64,000 nucleotides of DNA from Candidatus Latescibacterota bacterium. Lineage in GTDB: Bacteria; Latescibacterota; UBA2968; UBA8231. Within the stretch, counting starts at the first letter, position 1. Each line of letters starts with the position of its first letter. The DNA lies in contig OZ242005.1 in the NCBI GenBank assembly GCA_965204725.1, forward strand, positions 448,001 through 512,000. Reading direction: 5' to 3'. Both the position numbers and the translations under genes were made by a program. Of this stretch, positions 37,306 to 47,156 are shown piece by piece. The notes beneath the pieces are model-generated. The model saw only the letters and a program-made list of their open reading frames with translations. It had not been told where the DNA came from and did not search any database.

Positions 37306-38343
37306 ATGAGCCAACGCCTCTCATATACCAGCGCGGGCGTCGATATTGACCAGACCGATGCCGCCAAGCGCGCCATGGCCGCGAGCATGGAAACCGCCGA
37401 TCCGCGCGTGCTCAACCGGATTGGCGCGTTTGCCACTCTGCTCGACGCTCGCTTTCCCGGATACGCGCACCCGGTGCTGGTACACAAGAGCGAAGAGCCC
37501 GGATCCAAGCAAAAGTTGGCTTTTGCGCACGGCCGCCATCGCGGGGTTTGCTACGACATGGTCAACCACCTCATCGACGATATCATCGTCATGGGTGCCG
37601 AGCCGATTTCGGTCCAAGACGTCATCGTATGCGGGACTATGGAGGGTGCTATCGTCAACGACCTCGTCGAAGCCTTGGCCGACGCCTGCCGCCAACAGGG
37701 CTGCACCCTAACTGGCGGCGAGACCTCGGTGCAGCCCGGCGTGGTCCCCAACGGCCTCTACGTGCTGACCGCCAGCGTCATCGGCGTCGTCGATAAGGAC
37801 GCCATCATCAACGGTCGCGCCATTGAGGCCGGCGATCAGGTGTTGGCACTCGCTTCCAACGGCCTGCACACCAACGGCTACACGCTGGTCCGCGCCCTGT
37901 TAGACCGGCAACCTGAGCTGCTCGCGGCCGACGTGGCCGGCGAACCCTTCCTTGAAGCGGTGCTCAAGCCCCATACCTGCTACTTGCAAGCCGTGCGCGG
38001 CCTTTTCGCCGACCCCGGCCTGCACGGCATGGCCCACATTACCGGCGGCGGTCTCCGCGACAACCTCAGCCGCATCTTGCCGCCGGGCCTCAACGCCCAG
38101 CTTGACTTGGCGGCCCTACAGATCCCACCGATTTTCCGCACCTTGCACGCCGCCGGCGATCTAGACGACGCGGACATGCTCCGCACGTTCAATATGGGCG
38201 TGGGTATGGTGCTGGTGATCGCGCCCGAGGCCGAGGAACAGGTGCTGGCCCACTTAGTCGCTCAAGCCTGCCGGGCCTATCCGCTCGGGGAAATCGTCGC
38301 TGGCGAGCAAGAGGTCGCGTTGCAGGGGACGCTTGCTTGGTAG
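37306..38343 (+). CDS. purM: Phosphoribosylformylglycinamidine cyclo-ligase (AIR synthase)
   Basis: YTSAGVDID, GGET, SNGLHTNGYTLVR, AHITGGG, RTFNMGVG. Confidence 0.95.
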   Translation: MSQRLSYTSAGVDIDQTDAAKRAMAASMETADPRVLNRIGAFATLLDARFPGYAHPVLVHKSEEPGSKQKLAFAHGRHRGVCYDMVNHLIDDIIVMGAEPISVQDVIVCGTMEGAIVNDLVEALADACRQQGCTLTGGETSVQPGVVPNGLYVLTASVIGVVDKDAIINGRAIEAGDQVLALASNGLHTNGYTLVRALLDRQPELLAADVAGEPFLEAVLKPHTCYLQAVRGLFADPGLHGMAHITGGGLRDNLSRILPPGLNAQLDLAALQIPPIFRTLHAAGDLDDADMLRTFNMGVGMVLVIAPEAEEQVLAHLVAQACRAYPLGEIVAGEQEVALQGTLAW

Positions 38344-38357
38344 GATTGCCGCCGATG

Positions 38358-38522
38358 CTACTGGTTGCCCTGTTGGCGATGTTGGCTACCAGCGTCAGAC
38401 CGCCGGTTTACAAGCCACCACGTCAGGACGACGAAGAGGAGGCCCGCCGCCACCCCAAGGCCCCAAAGGAGGCTCGGCGGCACGGGGTGGCAGAGGCCGT
38501 TTTTGCGGCACTTCATCTTCAT
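38358..38522 (-). CDS. Small single-pass membrane protein (54 aa)
   Basis: ATGA overlap with the ThuA gene stop; [41 protein letters not shown]... Confidence 0.45.
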   Translation of the reverse strand: MKMKCRKNGLCHPVPPSLLWGLGVAAGLLFVVLTWWLVNRRSDAGSQHRQQGNQ

Positions 38523-39172
38523 AAGCGGCTGGCCCAGAGCATGCCGCGCCGCTGGATTTCGCGCGCTTGGGGCACGTCGAAGTCCCGCGCCACATGGCCC
38601 AGCGACGAGTAGAACACCCGACCCGCTCCCCACGTGCGCTTCCACACCACCGGCATGACCGTCCCGTTGACCCAAGGTGCGCTTTGACGGCCCTCCAGCG
38701 TGGTCGTGGCCAGCACTTGATTGCCGGGGTCGGTGTGCATGTAGTACTGCTCGGAGTGCATCTGAAAGTCGTCTAGCCCGGCGACGATCGGGTCGTTTGG
38801 GGCCGCGATGTTCACTGTGTAGTCGATGATGCCGTCTGGGTGGGCGACAAACTGGCCGCCGACCATGAACTGATAGGTGGTATTGTTGCGGAACGAATCG
38901 GCCATGCAGCCGTGCCAACCCGCCACGCCGGCCCCGCGCTCAACGGCCGATAGCAGCCCTTGTTCCTGCTCGCCTTCGATCTGGCCCATCGTCCACGCCG
39001 GCACCACGAGATCTTGCTCGGCCATTAGGTCGCGGTCTTTGTACGCGTCGAGGGTGTCCGAAATGGTCACCGCGAACCCTTCTTCCTCTAGAATGGGCGC
39101 GAAAACATCGACGCACTGCTTGGGCTCGTGCCCCTCCCAGCCGCCCCACACCATGATTGCTTTCTTGGCCAT
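38519..39172 (-). CDS. ThuA-like domain protein
   Basis: [37 protein letters not shown]. Confidence 0.9.
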   Translation of the reverse strand: MAKKAIMVWGGWEGHEPKQCVDVFAPILEEEGFAVTISDTLDAYKDRDLMAEQDLVVPAWTMGQIEGEQEQGLLSAVERGAGVAGWHGCMADSFRNNTTYQFMVGGQFVAHPDGIIDYTVNIAAPNDPIVAGLDDFQMHSEQYYMHTDPGNQVLATTTLEGRQSAPWVNGTVMPVVWKRTWGAGRVFYSSLGHVARDFDVPQAREIQRRGMLWASRL

Positions 39173-39186
39173 GACGCTCCTTTGCG

Positions 39187-39942
39187 TTATCTGGCGCCGC
39201 GCGCCAGTTCGTTGTCAACGAGGTATTGATAGCTTTTTTCCACGGCTTCCATCATGTCGGTCGCACAGCGGTCCAACTCGACGATTAGCCAGTCGCAGGT
39301 GCCGTGGCTGGCCTCGATAATGGGCGGGAAATCCATGGTCCCCTCCCCGACGGCGAGCATGTCCTGCTCCGGGTCGCACGGGCCGTCCTTGATGTGCAAA
39401 AGCGGCGCGCGCTCGCCCAGCTCCTCTACGACCTGCACCGAGTCGCCGCCGCCGGTATTGACCCAATAGGTATCGACCTGAAAGAAGATGGACTCGTCGA
39501 GTGCGTCGACTAGGTGCTCAAAACCCGGACGCCCTTCTACTGGCTGGAACTCCCACCAGTGGTTGTGAAGGCCCAGCTCCAATCCGTTCTCAGCGGCGAT
39601 CTCGGCGGCTTGGTTCCAGCGGTCGCAAAGGGCTGTGAGCGCGTCCGCGCTTGCGAAGGCATCGCGCGGTGTGGAACTCACCACGCGGCTGGCCTCCAAC
39701 TCGTGGGCCAACTCGATGACTTGGTTTTTTTGCTTGCCCAAGGGCAATTGCGTATGTACGCTGCATACGTCTAATCCCAGCTCGGCAAATAGGTCGCTGG
39801 CTTCATCTACTGCGATGCCGGGAAATCCGGCCGTCTCGACTCCCACGTACCCTATCTCGGCAATCCGGGTAACCACGGATTTGAAGTTGTGCGCGAGGGC
39901 GTCGCGGACCGTGTAGAGCTGAAGTGCTATGGGGGCAGCCAT
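39187..39942 (-). CDS. Sugar phosphate isomerase/epimerase (TIM barrel)
   Basis: LQLYTVR, HNHWWEF, DTYW, HIKD, IVELD. Confidence 0.9.
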   Translation of the reverse strand: MAAPIALQLYTVRDALAHNFKSVVTRIAEIGYVGVETAGFPGIAVDEASDLFAELGLDVCSVHTQLPLGKQKNQVIELAHELEASRVVSSTPRDAFASADALTALCDRWNQAAEIAAENGLELGLHNHWWEFQPVEGRPGFEHLVDALDESIFFQVDTYWVNTGGGDSVQVVEELGERAPLLHIKDGPCDPEQDMLAVGEGTMDFPPIIEASHGTCDWLIVELDRCATDMMEAVEKSYQYLVDNELARGAR

Positions 39943-40220
39943 TTCTTCCTTCCTTGTATGAGAGATATAATAGGGATATGAAGGTCAAAGCGATAGCTAA
40001 GGGAGGCTTGCAAATTGTCAGGCGTCGATAGTCGATAAGGGAGCGGTGCATAACGGCAGTAATTAAATGAAAAAAAATGGGCCGGTGGGCAAATAATTTC
40101 TGACGCGCCCAGCGCACGTCTCCTGTCCGGCAGGCCCGCTGGGTGCATTGGTAATGCCATCGCCCTTGCTCGGCCGATCCCTCGCTCCTACATTAGCCGC
40201 TCCAACCAAGGAGCAATCAG

Positions 40221-41294
40221 ATGAGCACCCAAGACAAAGCGCGCCTCGGGTTTATCGGCGCCGGCTGGTGGGCCACCAGCAACCACATTCCCGTTTTTGC
40301 CGCCCGCGACGACGTCGAACTGACGGCCGTGTGCCGCTTAGGCCAAGCCGAGCTAGAGCAGGTGCGGGACCACTTTGGATTCGCGTTTGCCACCCAAGAC
40401 TATCGAGAGTTATTGACTGATTGCGAACTCGACGGAGTCGTAGTGGCCTCGCCGCACACCCTGCACCACGAACACGCCCTCGCGGCCTTAGAGGCCGGCC
40501 TGCACGTGATGTGCGAAAAACCCCTGACCACCCGCGCGGCCCACGCGCGCCAGTTGGTGCGCGTCGCGGCCGAGCGCGGCCGGCACTTGCTCGTGCCCTA
40601 CGGCTGGCACCACAAGCCCTTTATCCAGCGGGCCAAAGCGCTAATGGACGACCGCGCTATCGGCGAGATCGAATTCGCGCTCTGCCACATGGCCTCGCCG
40701 ATTCGCGCCTTGCTTGCGGGCGAGGAGGTGGATGTCTCCGACATTTCCGGGCAAGACGCGGCTAGCCTCTTCGGCCCTACGCCCTCTACGTGGGCCGATC
40801 CGGCCGTGGCCGAGGGCGGCTACGCCCACGCGCAAATATCGCACTCCTCGGGGTTGCTATTTTGGTTGTCCGGGCTGCGCGCCGAGCGCGTCTTTGCCGC
40901 CATGAGCGCGCCCGGGGCCAAGGTCGAGCTGTACGACGCGCTCGCGGTGCGCTTTACTTCGGGGGCCATCGGCACCGTCAGCGGCGCCGGGACCGTGCCC
41001 ACGGACCAGCCCTTTCAGGTTGACCTGCGCCTCTTCGGCTCGGAGGGCATGCTGCTCGTCGATTGCGAGCGCGCCCGCATGCACTTGCGCCGCCACGATG
41101 GCCAACACGTCGTCGAGGAGGTCGCCGCGGACGCAGGGGCCTACGAATGCGATGGTCCGCCCAACAACTTCGCCGACTTGATCTTGGGCAAAACCGACGT
41201 CAACTGGACCCCGGGCGACGCCGCCATGCGCGGGGTAGAAATGCTCGATGCCGCGTACCGGTCGGCCGCTTCGGGCCGGGAAGAGCCGGTGTAA
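40221..41294 (+). CDS. Gfo/Idh/MocA family oxidoreductase
   Basis: FIGAGWW, CEKP; AAGGAG RBS. Confidence 0.9.
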   Translation: MSTQDKARLGFIGAGWWATSNHIPVFAARDDVELTAVCRLGQAELEQVRDHFGFAFATQDYRELLTDCELDGVVVASPHTLHHEHALAALEAGLHVMCEKPLTTRAAHARQLVRVAAERGRHLLVPYGWHHKPFIQRAKALMDDRAIGEIEFALCHMASPIRALLAGEEVDVSDISGQDAASLFGPTPSTWADPAVAEGGYAHAQISHSSGLLFWLSGLRAERVFAAMSAPGAKVELYDALAVRFTSGAIGTVSGAGTVPTDQPFQVDLRLFGSEGMLLVDCERARMHLRRHDGQHVVEEVAADAGAYECDGPPNNFADLILGKTDVNWTPGDAAMRGVEMLDAAYRSAASGREEPV

Positions 41295-41483
41295 CATCGT
41301 CACTCGCGGCTAATTGGCCCAGAAAATTCGTTGACATTGTTTAGCCTCCCCGATTGCTTCTGATATAGGAAGCGATTGGGGAGGCTTTTGTGGTTTTTGG
41401 GGGTCGCTCTTGACATTGTATTACCCCTCCTCGTTGCATTGTATAAACGCAGAAGATCGGCCCCAAATTTTTGGAGTATTAAA

Positions 41484-41642
41484 ATGTTCATCGTGAATCG
41501 CTCGGCTAGGCAAATGCCCCTAGCCACCGGAAAAAGCCTCTCCAGCCGGAGGGCTTGTCTCGCAGCCGACATAGCAGTCGGCGGTACGCAGCTCCTACAG
41601 ACCTTATTCGCGCCGAGAGGAAGGGATGCCCAACCGGACTGA
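41484..41642 (+). other. Possible 52-aa small ORF or structured sRNA
   Basis: GGAG-7 nt-ATG, three internal hairpins, strong terminator downstream. Confidence 0.3.
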
Positions 41643-41672
41643 GGCACCTCGTTCCGAAGGACTAGATGGCCC

Positions 41673-41717
41673 AGAGGCCGTGGCGCGAAAGGACGACGCG
41701 CTACGGCCTCTTTTTTT
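41673..41717 (+). terminator. Intrinsic terminator
   Basis: AGAGGCCGTGGCGCG / CGCGCTACGGCCTCT stem followed by a T run. Confidence 0.85.
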
Positions 41718-41828
41718 GTGAAAAATGGGTGAAATCACTTGACATTGTTTTATCGGTTTTATTGAATAATTAGTGAACATTTGTTCAGCTAAACGAGCAC
41801 TTAAAAAGCGGCGCGACGGAAGCAAAAA

Positions 41829-42161
41829 ATGAAAACCAACGAACAACCACAGCACCTCAACACCGCCCCCCGAGCCTTTGCTCACGGCGGTGCCAAAAGG
41901 CGCGTTGAGACCCGGGCCGGCCGGGTCATCGATGCGCGACAGCGCTTCGCCGCTTTGCGGCGCGGCTTAGACAGCGGGGCGTTGCCGCCCACCCCGGGCG
42001 AGCGGCAACGGGTCTGCGCGACATTCACCAAGCCAACCAAGGACCTCATCGCAAGGAGCAAGAATAGTATGCGACGCGAGATCATCAACCAAGGACTGAT
42101 GTACGCAATCATCAGCCTCTTTGTATTCGCGATGATGCCGCTCCTGCGCTTCCTCAGCTAA
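41829..42161 (+). CDS. Hypothetical protein with C-terminal TM helix
   Basis: 110 aa, basic N-terminus, hydrophobic tail GLMYAIISLFVFAMMPLL. Confidence 0.55.
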   Translation: MKTNEQPQHLNTAPRAFAHGGAKRRVETRAGRVIDARQRFAALRRGLDSGALPPTPGERQRVCATFTKPTKDLIARSKNSMRREIINQGLMYAIISLFVFAMMPLLRFLS

Positions 42162-42196
42162 TGGCTCTTTGACGCGCAGCGGCATTGCAAAACCGT

Positions 42197-42228
42197 CCTA
42201 GGGCAGCAGCGGCAACCGCTGCCCTAGG
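42197..42228. other. Intergenic 11-bp stem-loop
   Basis: CCTAGGGCAGC-10 nt-GCTGCCCTAGG, no T tail. Confidence 0.5.
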
Positions 42229-42262
42229 GCATCAACCCTTTCGACCTTAGGACAGAAAAAAC

Positions 42263-44704
42263 ATGCAAAATCGCAAGACCGATCTGTGCTCGCGGCTGGC
42301 CCACTGGCTGTATTGCTTGGGGTCGGTGGCCTGTGCGGTCCTCGGCCCCCGCGTCCTGCACGCCCACCAAGCACCCGACCGTGCGCTCAACGCCGTGCGT
42401 CTAGAAGGCGTCCGGCCGCAGATCGACGGCGTGCTCGACGACCCGGTGTGGCAGCAGGCCCCGGTCTTTACGGGCTTTGTCCAGCGCGAGCCCGAAGAGG
42501 GGCAGCCGGCGAGCGAACAGACCACCGTGCAGGTCGCGTACGACGACGAGATGCTCTACGTGGGGGTCATGGCCTACGATTCCGACCCCGAGGGCATTGT
42601 CTCGCGCTTGGTGCGCCGCGACCAGTGGGCCGAAGCCGATTGGATCCAAGTCAGCTTAGACACGCATCACGACCACCAGACGGGCTACGCCTTCTCGGTG
42701 TATGCCGGCGGGTCAATCTACGACTCTGTAATCCGGGATTACGGCTGGGACAACGACGCTTGGAACGGCGTGTGGGAATCCGCGCATCGCATCGGTACAG
42801 AGGGCTGGAGCGTGGAGTTCGCCATCCCGTTCCACAACCTCCGCTTTAGCAGCGGGGGGGACTGGGGCATCAACATCGCCCGCTACATCAGCCGCAAGAA
42901 GGAACAAGTTTTCTGGGTTATGATCCCGCGCAAGGAGAGCGGTTGGGTCTCGCGCTTTGCCCACTTAGAGGGCTTGGCAGACATCCAATCTAGGCGGACG
43001 CTGGAGCTTTTGCCCTACTCGGTGGGCCGCTCCACCTTTGCGGCTGGGCGCGAGTTATTCGGCAATGCCGGCGCAGACTTGCGCTATGGGCTGTCGTCGA
43101 ATGTGTCGCTCAACGCCACGATCAACCCGGATTTCGGCCAAGTAGAGGCCGACCCGGCCGAGCTCAACCTCTCGGTCTTTGAGTCGTTCCAAGAAGAGCG
43201 CCGCCCCTTCTTCGTGGCGGACAGCGAGGCTTTCGACACGCCAATTGACTTGTTCTACTCGCGGCGCATCGGTCGCCAGCCGAGCTTTCACGCCCTGCCC
43301 GACGGGCACAATGCCCTCGACGAGAGCGAATCCACCACCATTCTGGGCGCGGCCAAGCTGACCGGCAAGACTGCGGCCAAGACCACCTTTGGCCTGCTGA
43401 CGGCCCTTGCTGCCAGAGAGTACGTCCGCATTGAAACAACCTTGGTGCGCGAGGAGGCTCCAAAGCATCGCGACTTCCTCGTCGAGCCGCGGACCCACTT
43501 CCTCGTCGGCCGCGTCAAGCAGGACCTATTTGCGGGCAACTCGCATGTCGGGCTTCTGGGTACGGCCGTGCAGCGCGACCGAGCACACGACGCCTATACC
43601 GGCGGTGTGGATTGGACGCTCAAGTGGCGCGACAACGGATACACCTTTTGGGGTCAGCTCGCTGGCAGCCTCGCCACGGTAGATGACCGGCGTCGTGGCG
43701 GTTTGGGCAATATGGCGGTCTTGAGCAAGAACAGCGGCTGGTTGCGCGGCGAGCTGTGGTGGGAGGCCTATTCGCGGCATTTCGAGATCAACGACCTTGG
43801 CTTTCAGTGGCGCAACGACTTCTACACCCCTTGGCTCTGGATACAGCTGCGCAAGGAAGAGGACTGGGCCATCTTTCGCCGCAATTTCTACAACTTCAAT
43901 CGCTGGGGGACGTGGAATTTCGACCGCACCAACCTGCAAAACGGCTTCGACTTCAACACGCACCACCAGCTCAAAAACTACTGGTGGATCCACTTCGATT
44001 ACTACCATACATGGCGGTCCTTCGACGACCTCGACACCCGCGGTGGCCCCCTGATTGTGAGGCCGGCAAACGACGGCTTTGAGATTGAGTTGGAAAGCGA
44101 CGACCGCTTCATGGTCAGCGGCTGGGTCGAGTTTGAATGGGAGAACAACTCGGTTGGCAGCACCCACCGCGAGGTCTCTGGCAGCATCCGCATCCGGCCG
44201 ACTTCGCGGTTCGAGATCAGCCTGCGGCCGCGCTATAGCTGGGATTTCAACGATGCCCAATGGGTCGAAAACCTTGATGCGAACGCCGACGGGGAAGACG
44301 ATCTATTCCTGTACGGGGCGCTCGACAGCCAAACCCTCGACCTGACGACGCGGGCCAACATCCTCTTCAGCCGCGACCTAAGCGTGGAGGTCTATGTCCA
44401 GCCTTTTATTAGCGCGGGCCGCTACGCCCACTTCAAGGCACTGGCGAAGCCGCGCTCCTACTCGTTTGTCGATCATCCCGGCCCCGATAAAAGCCCTGAT
44501 TTCCGCAACCGCTCGCTGCACAGCAACGCCGTCCTGCGCTGGGAGTACAAGCCGGGCAGCACCCTTTTCATCGTCTGGTCGCAGTTCCGCGACGACGAAG
44601 CCGAGGTGGGGGCGTTTCGCCCCGGGCACAACCTGCGGCGCAGCTTTATAGACGAGGGGACCAATATTTTCTTGGTAAAGCTCAACTATTGGCTACACAT
44701 CTAG
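42263..44704 (+). CDS. Outer-membrane protein with CBM9-like and DUF5916 domains
   Basis: IDGVLDDPVW, GWSVEFAIPF, TINPDFGQVEAD, ERRPFF, LFYSRRIG, RWEYKPGS, KLNYW. Confidence 0.85.
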   Translation: MQNRKTDLCSRLAHWLYCLGSVACAVLGPRVLHAHQAPDRALNAVRLEGVRPQIDGVLDDPVWQQAPVFTGFVQREPEEGQPASEQTTVQVAYDDEMLYVGVMAYDSDPEGIVSRLVRRDQWAEADWIQVSLDTHHDHQTGYAFSVYAGGSIYDSVIRDYGWDNDAWNGVWESAHRIGTEGWSVEFAIPFHNLRFSSGGDWGINIARYISRKKEQVFWVMIPRKESGWVSRFAHLEGLADIQSRRTLELLPYSVGRSTFAAGRELFGNAGADLRYGLSSNVSLNATINPDFGQVEADPAELNLSVFESFQEERRPFFVADSEAFDTPIDLFYSRRIGRQPSFHALPDGHNALDESESTTILGAAKLTGKTAAKTTFGLLTALAAREYVRIETTLVREEAPKHRDFLVEPRTHFLVGRVKQDLFAGNSHVGLLGTAVQRDRAHDAYTGGVDWTLKWRDNGYTFWGQLAGSLATVDDRRRGGLGNMAVLSKNSGWLRGELWWEAYSRHFEINDLGFQWRNDFYTPWLWIQLRKEEDWAIFRRNFYNFNRWGTWNFDRTNLQNGFDFNTHHQLKNYWWIHFDYYHTWRSFDDLDTRGGPLIVRPANDGFEIELESDDRFMVSGWVEFEWENNSVGSTHREVSGSIRIRPTSRFEISLRPRYSWDFNDAQWVENLDANADGEDDLFLYGALDSQTLDLTTRANILFSRDLSVEVYVQPFISAGRYAHFKALAKPRSYSFVDHPGPDKSPDFRNRSLHSNAVLRWEYKPGSTLFIVWSQFRDDEAEVGAFRPGHNLRRSFIDEGTNIFLVKLNYWLHI

Positions 44705-44830
44705 GGCGGGGATTTCGCTCTGCATTCGGCCCTTGCCGCGAAAGCTGCGGTGAGGGCTAAACGGGCGGCGGGCTTCGGCGGCAGCACCCGCTCTACGCGC
44801 AGAGCTACGAGTTTGAGCGGGCGATGCTCG

Positions 44831-45634
44831 TCAGTTGTTTATGCCCGAAGTTCGGACGGATGCGCGGACTTGGCCCCCGTGTTCGGCGAGCCAAGAGCGG
44901 AAAAATTGCAACACGGCTTCGCCGTCTCCCTGCTGTCGTTGCTTCCGCTGAATGAGCCATAGCTCAATCTCGACGTCGCGCAGGTCCGGGTTGAGCCCGC
45001 GGGCTTGGGGGCTGCCGCGGAAGCGCTCAAAATTCGGCTGAGCCTTGTAGAACGAAATCGCGTCGCTGTTCTGGAGGAGATCGGAAACGATGATGAGACG
45101 CCGCGGCACATTGCGCCGTTTGGTACTCTGAAAATGCTTGATGGCAACCGACTGCACCGACTCCATGATCGGCGACGACTTCGCCTCTTTGTTCGTGAGT
45201 AGCTTTTTAAGCTCCTCTTCTAAAGGCGCGCGAAATTTCTGCTGCCAGTTGCGCCGCATGATCGCTTCGGATTGCGTGAGGTGATCGACGTTGTCCGGGT
45301 CGCCGGGACTACAGACCTCGATAATCGGGTCGAGGCTCCCGCCATGCGTGGGATCCATGGCAAAAAGACTGATCTCGTGGTTTTCCTCGATCTCGTCGAG
45401 CAAGTTCCAGATCCGCTGCTCTAGATCGGACTTGGTGGTGGGCAAGAACGAATCCGTGCGGTCGAGCAGAATCGCCGTAATCGCCGAAGGCCCCTCCGAC
45501 CGGCACAGGGTCTTTGGATCGCGCTCGACCGCCGAGGGCTTTAGCCACACGACAACGAGCAAGACAACGATGACCCCCGCGATCATCGAACCGCCTACTA
45601 TCTTTTTTTTCGATAGCTTGCTTTTACTCATCAA
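44831..45634 (-). CDS. Membrane-anchored VWA-like domain protein
   Basis: N-terminal TM; LLDRTDS (MIDAS-like DxTxS), SPIMES, LIIVSDLLQNS. Confidence 0.7.
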   Translation of the reverse strand: MMSKSKLSKKKIVGGSMIAGVIVVLLVVVWLKPSAVERDPKTLCRSEGPSAITAILLDRTDSFLPTTKSDLEQRIWNLLDEIEENHEISLFAMDPTHGGSLDPIIEVCSPGDPDNVDHLTQSEAIMRRNWQQKFRAPLEEELKKLLTNKEAKSSPIMESVQSVAIKHFQSTKRRNVPRRLIIVSDLLQNSDAISFYKAQPNFERFRGSPQARGLNPDLRDVEIELWLIQRKQRQQGDGEAVLQFFRSWLAEHGGQVRASVRTSGINN

Positions 45635-47040
45635 CTTTCGTCCTGATCGTCCCTCGCGCTATCCGGCTGCCGCCGATGCGGAGCCAAAGGCCGCAATTCC
45701 TCGCTACCCATATCGTACTGGTAGTGTAGTTCCTTCACGCCGTTGTCAATTTTTACCTCCGCGGCACCGGTGATCTTCAAGATCTCCTCGCGCGTCAGCA
45801 TGGCCTTGGGCAAGCTGGTGTCTATTGGCGTTTTTATTATTCGCCAAGGCTTCTTAAAGCGCTCGGGGGCTTCTCCGTCTCGCATCGCCCGGTTGGTATC
45901 CCGGTAGAGCTTGAGCAAGTGGTTGCCCGCGTGCTCCAAGTGCTCTAGATGGTCGTCGAACGATTTGATGAGGCGTCGATGGTCGTCGATGATGGAGTCG
46001 TGTCGTCGCCCCGCGAGCAAAATGTTTTGCTTGATGTCCTCCAACGCCTGCACCGCCTCATCCGACGTTTTCTTTAATCCCTTTAGGTTGTCCTGATAGA
46101 GCGCGTTGTACGCTTCGTCGGCCTCCGCAAATACGCGCGCACACTTTGCGAACCCCGGATAGCGGTCATCCCACAGGATTCCATCAATAAAGCTAATAAT
46201 CGCAAAGAGGAAGCCCATAAAGAACAAGATCCACGATTGGAAGTCCGCTAGGTTCAATGGATTCTCGCCAAAAGCGGCGATGGCGAGTTTCCCCCCTTGG
46301 TCGAGCACCGTGCCCGTTGTTTCTCGATAGTGCGCTACCATCAGGTTGAAAAACAACGCAAAGCCGATAAACACCACGACGCCGATAATGCCCACGGACC
46401 GTCGGCCCCAGTGGATGTGGTTGAAATTGGTGACGAGGATGCCGAGCAAGAAGGCAATACCTAAATTGACAAACGAGATGACAACCGCCTCGGTGTACGC
46501 GCCGAACAGCCCGAACTCATTGCCCTTTGCCAGAAAGGAGGCATTGCCAAAGGTCTCAATGAGAAAGAGCACGGCGATGATGCCTATGTTAAATATCTTG
46601 TCGTCCCAACTGCGGGGCTGCGGCTCGCGGCTGAGGCCATTTTGTTCCTTAAATTGCTGCAAGTCTTCTTTTTTTCGCCGCAGGTCCTGTTGCTCCCTAC
46701 TCAACTCCACGATGGCCTTATCGACGTGCTGATCAAACTCGGCGCGTTGCTTGGCCGTTTCGAGATCAATGGAACTTAGCTGCTCGCGGAAATCTAGCGC
46801 GACGAGACGCTCTCTGTATGCCTTTAGCGTGCTCTCACACACCTTTTGCGCCTGTGCTTGCGCGCTTTCAATTAGCCCGATGACCTTGCGTTCGGTGGGG
46901 TCGAGGTCGTCTTCTGCACTGTCTAATGCGGGCCTCCCCCGCCTCGCGTTTCTTTGGCTATCCTCTACGATATGCAGATCTTCCGCGACCTTATTGGTGT
47001 CGATCTTCTCAAACAGGTCGGTGTGAAGTTCGTCCGTCAT
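45631..47040 (-). CDS. Coiled-coil / 4-TM / coiled-coil membrane protein
   Basis: GAGGAG RBS before ATG 47040; ETFGNASFLAKG, FNLMVAHYRE, DRYPGF, YRDTNR; ATGA overlap with the VWA gene. Confidence 0.75.
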   Translation of the reverse strand: MTDELHTDLFEKIDTNKVAEDLHIVEDSQRNARRGRPALDSAEDDLDPTERKVIGLIESAQAQAQKVCESTLKAYRERLVALDFREQLSSIDLETAKQRAEFDQHVDKAIVELSREQQDLRRKKEDLQQFKEQNGLSREPQPRSWDDKIFNIGIIAVLFLIETFGNASFLAKGNEFGLFGAYTEAVVISFVNLGIAFLLGILVTNFNHIHWGRRSVGIIGVVVFIGFALFFNLMVAHYRETTGTVLDQGGKLAIAAFGENPLNLADFQSWILFFMGFLFAIISFIDGILWDDRYPGFAKCARVFAEADEAYNALYQDNLKGLKKTSDEAVQALEDIKQNILLAGRRHDSIIDDHRRLIKSFDDHLEHLEHAGNHLLKLYRDTNRAMRDGEAPERFKKPWRIIKTPIDTSLPKAMLTREEILKITGAAEVKIDNGVKELHYQYDMGSEELRPLAPHRRQPDSARDDQDES

Positions 47041-47156
47041 CGCATACTTCTCCTCATTTGCAGCGTATTTGGGGCTGAAAGGATGGGGATTGGGGGGATA
47101 TATTAAAGATAGACATAACTGCGATTTTCGCATCCCTATTCTTTAATGCCCAACCC

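Noticed and set aside
41455-41670. c-di-AMP or SAM-I riboswitch
   Set aside because: Only isolated words match (CCAAATTTTTGG, GTGAATC, AGGGATGCCC); the conserved cores and pairings are missing.
44705-44830. GC-rich hairpins between convergent genes as an ncRNA
   Set aside because: No recognisable family motif or second copy; most likely terminator-like structure.
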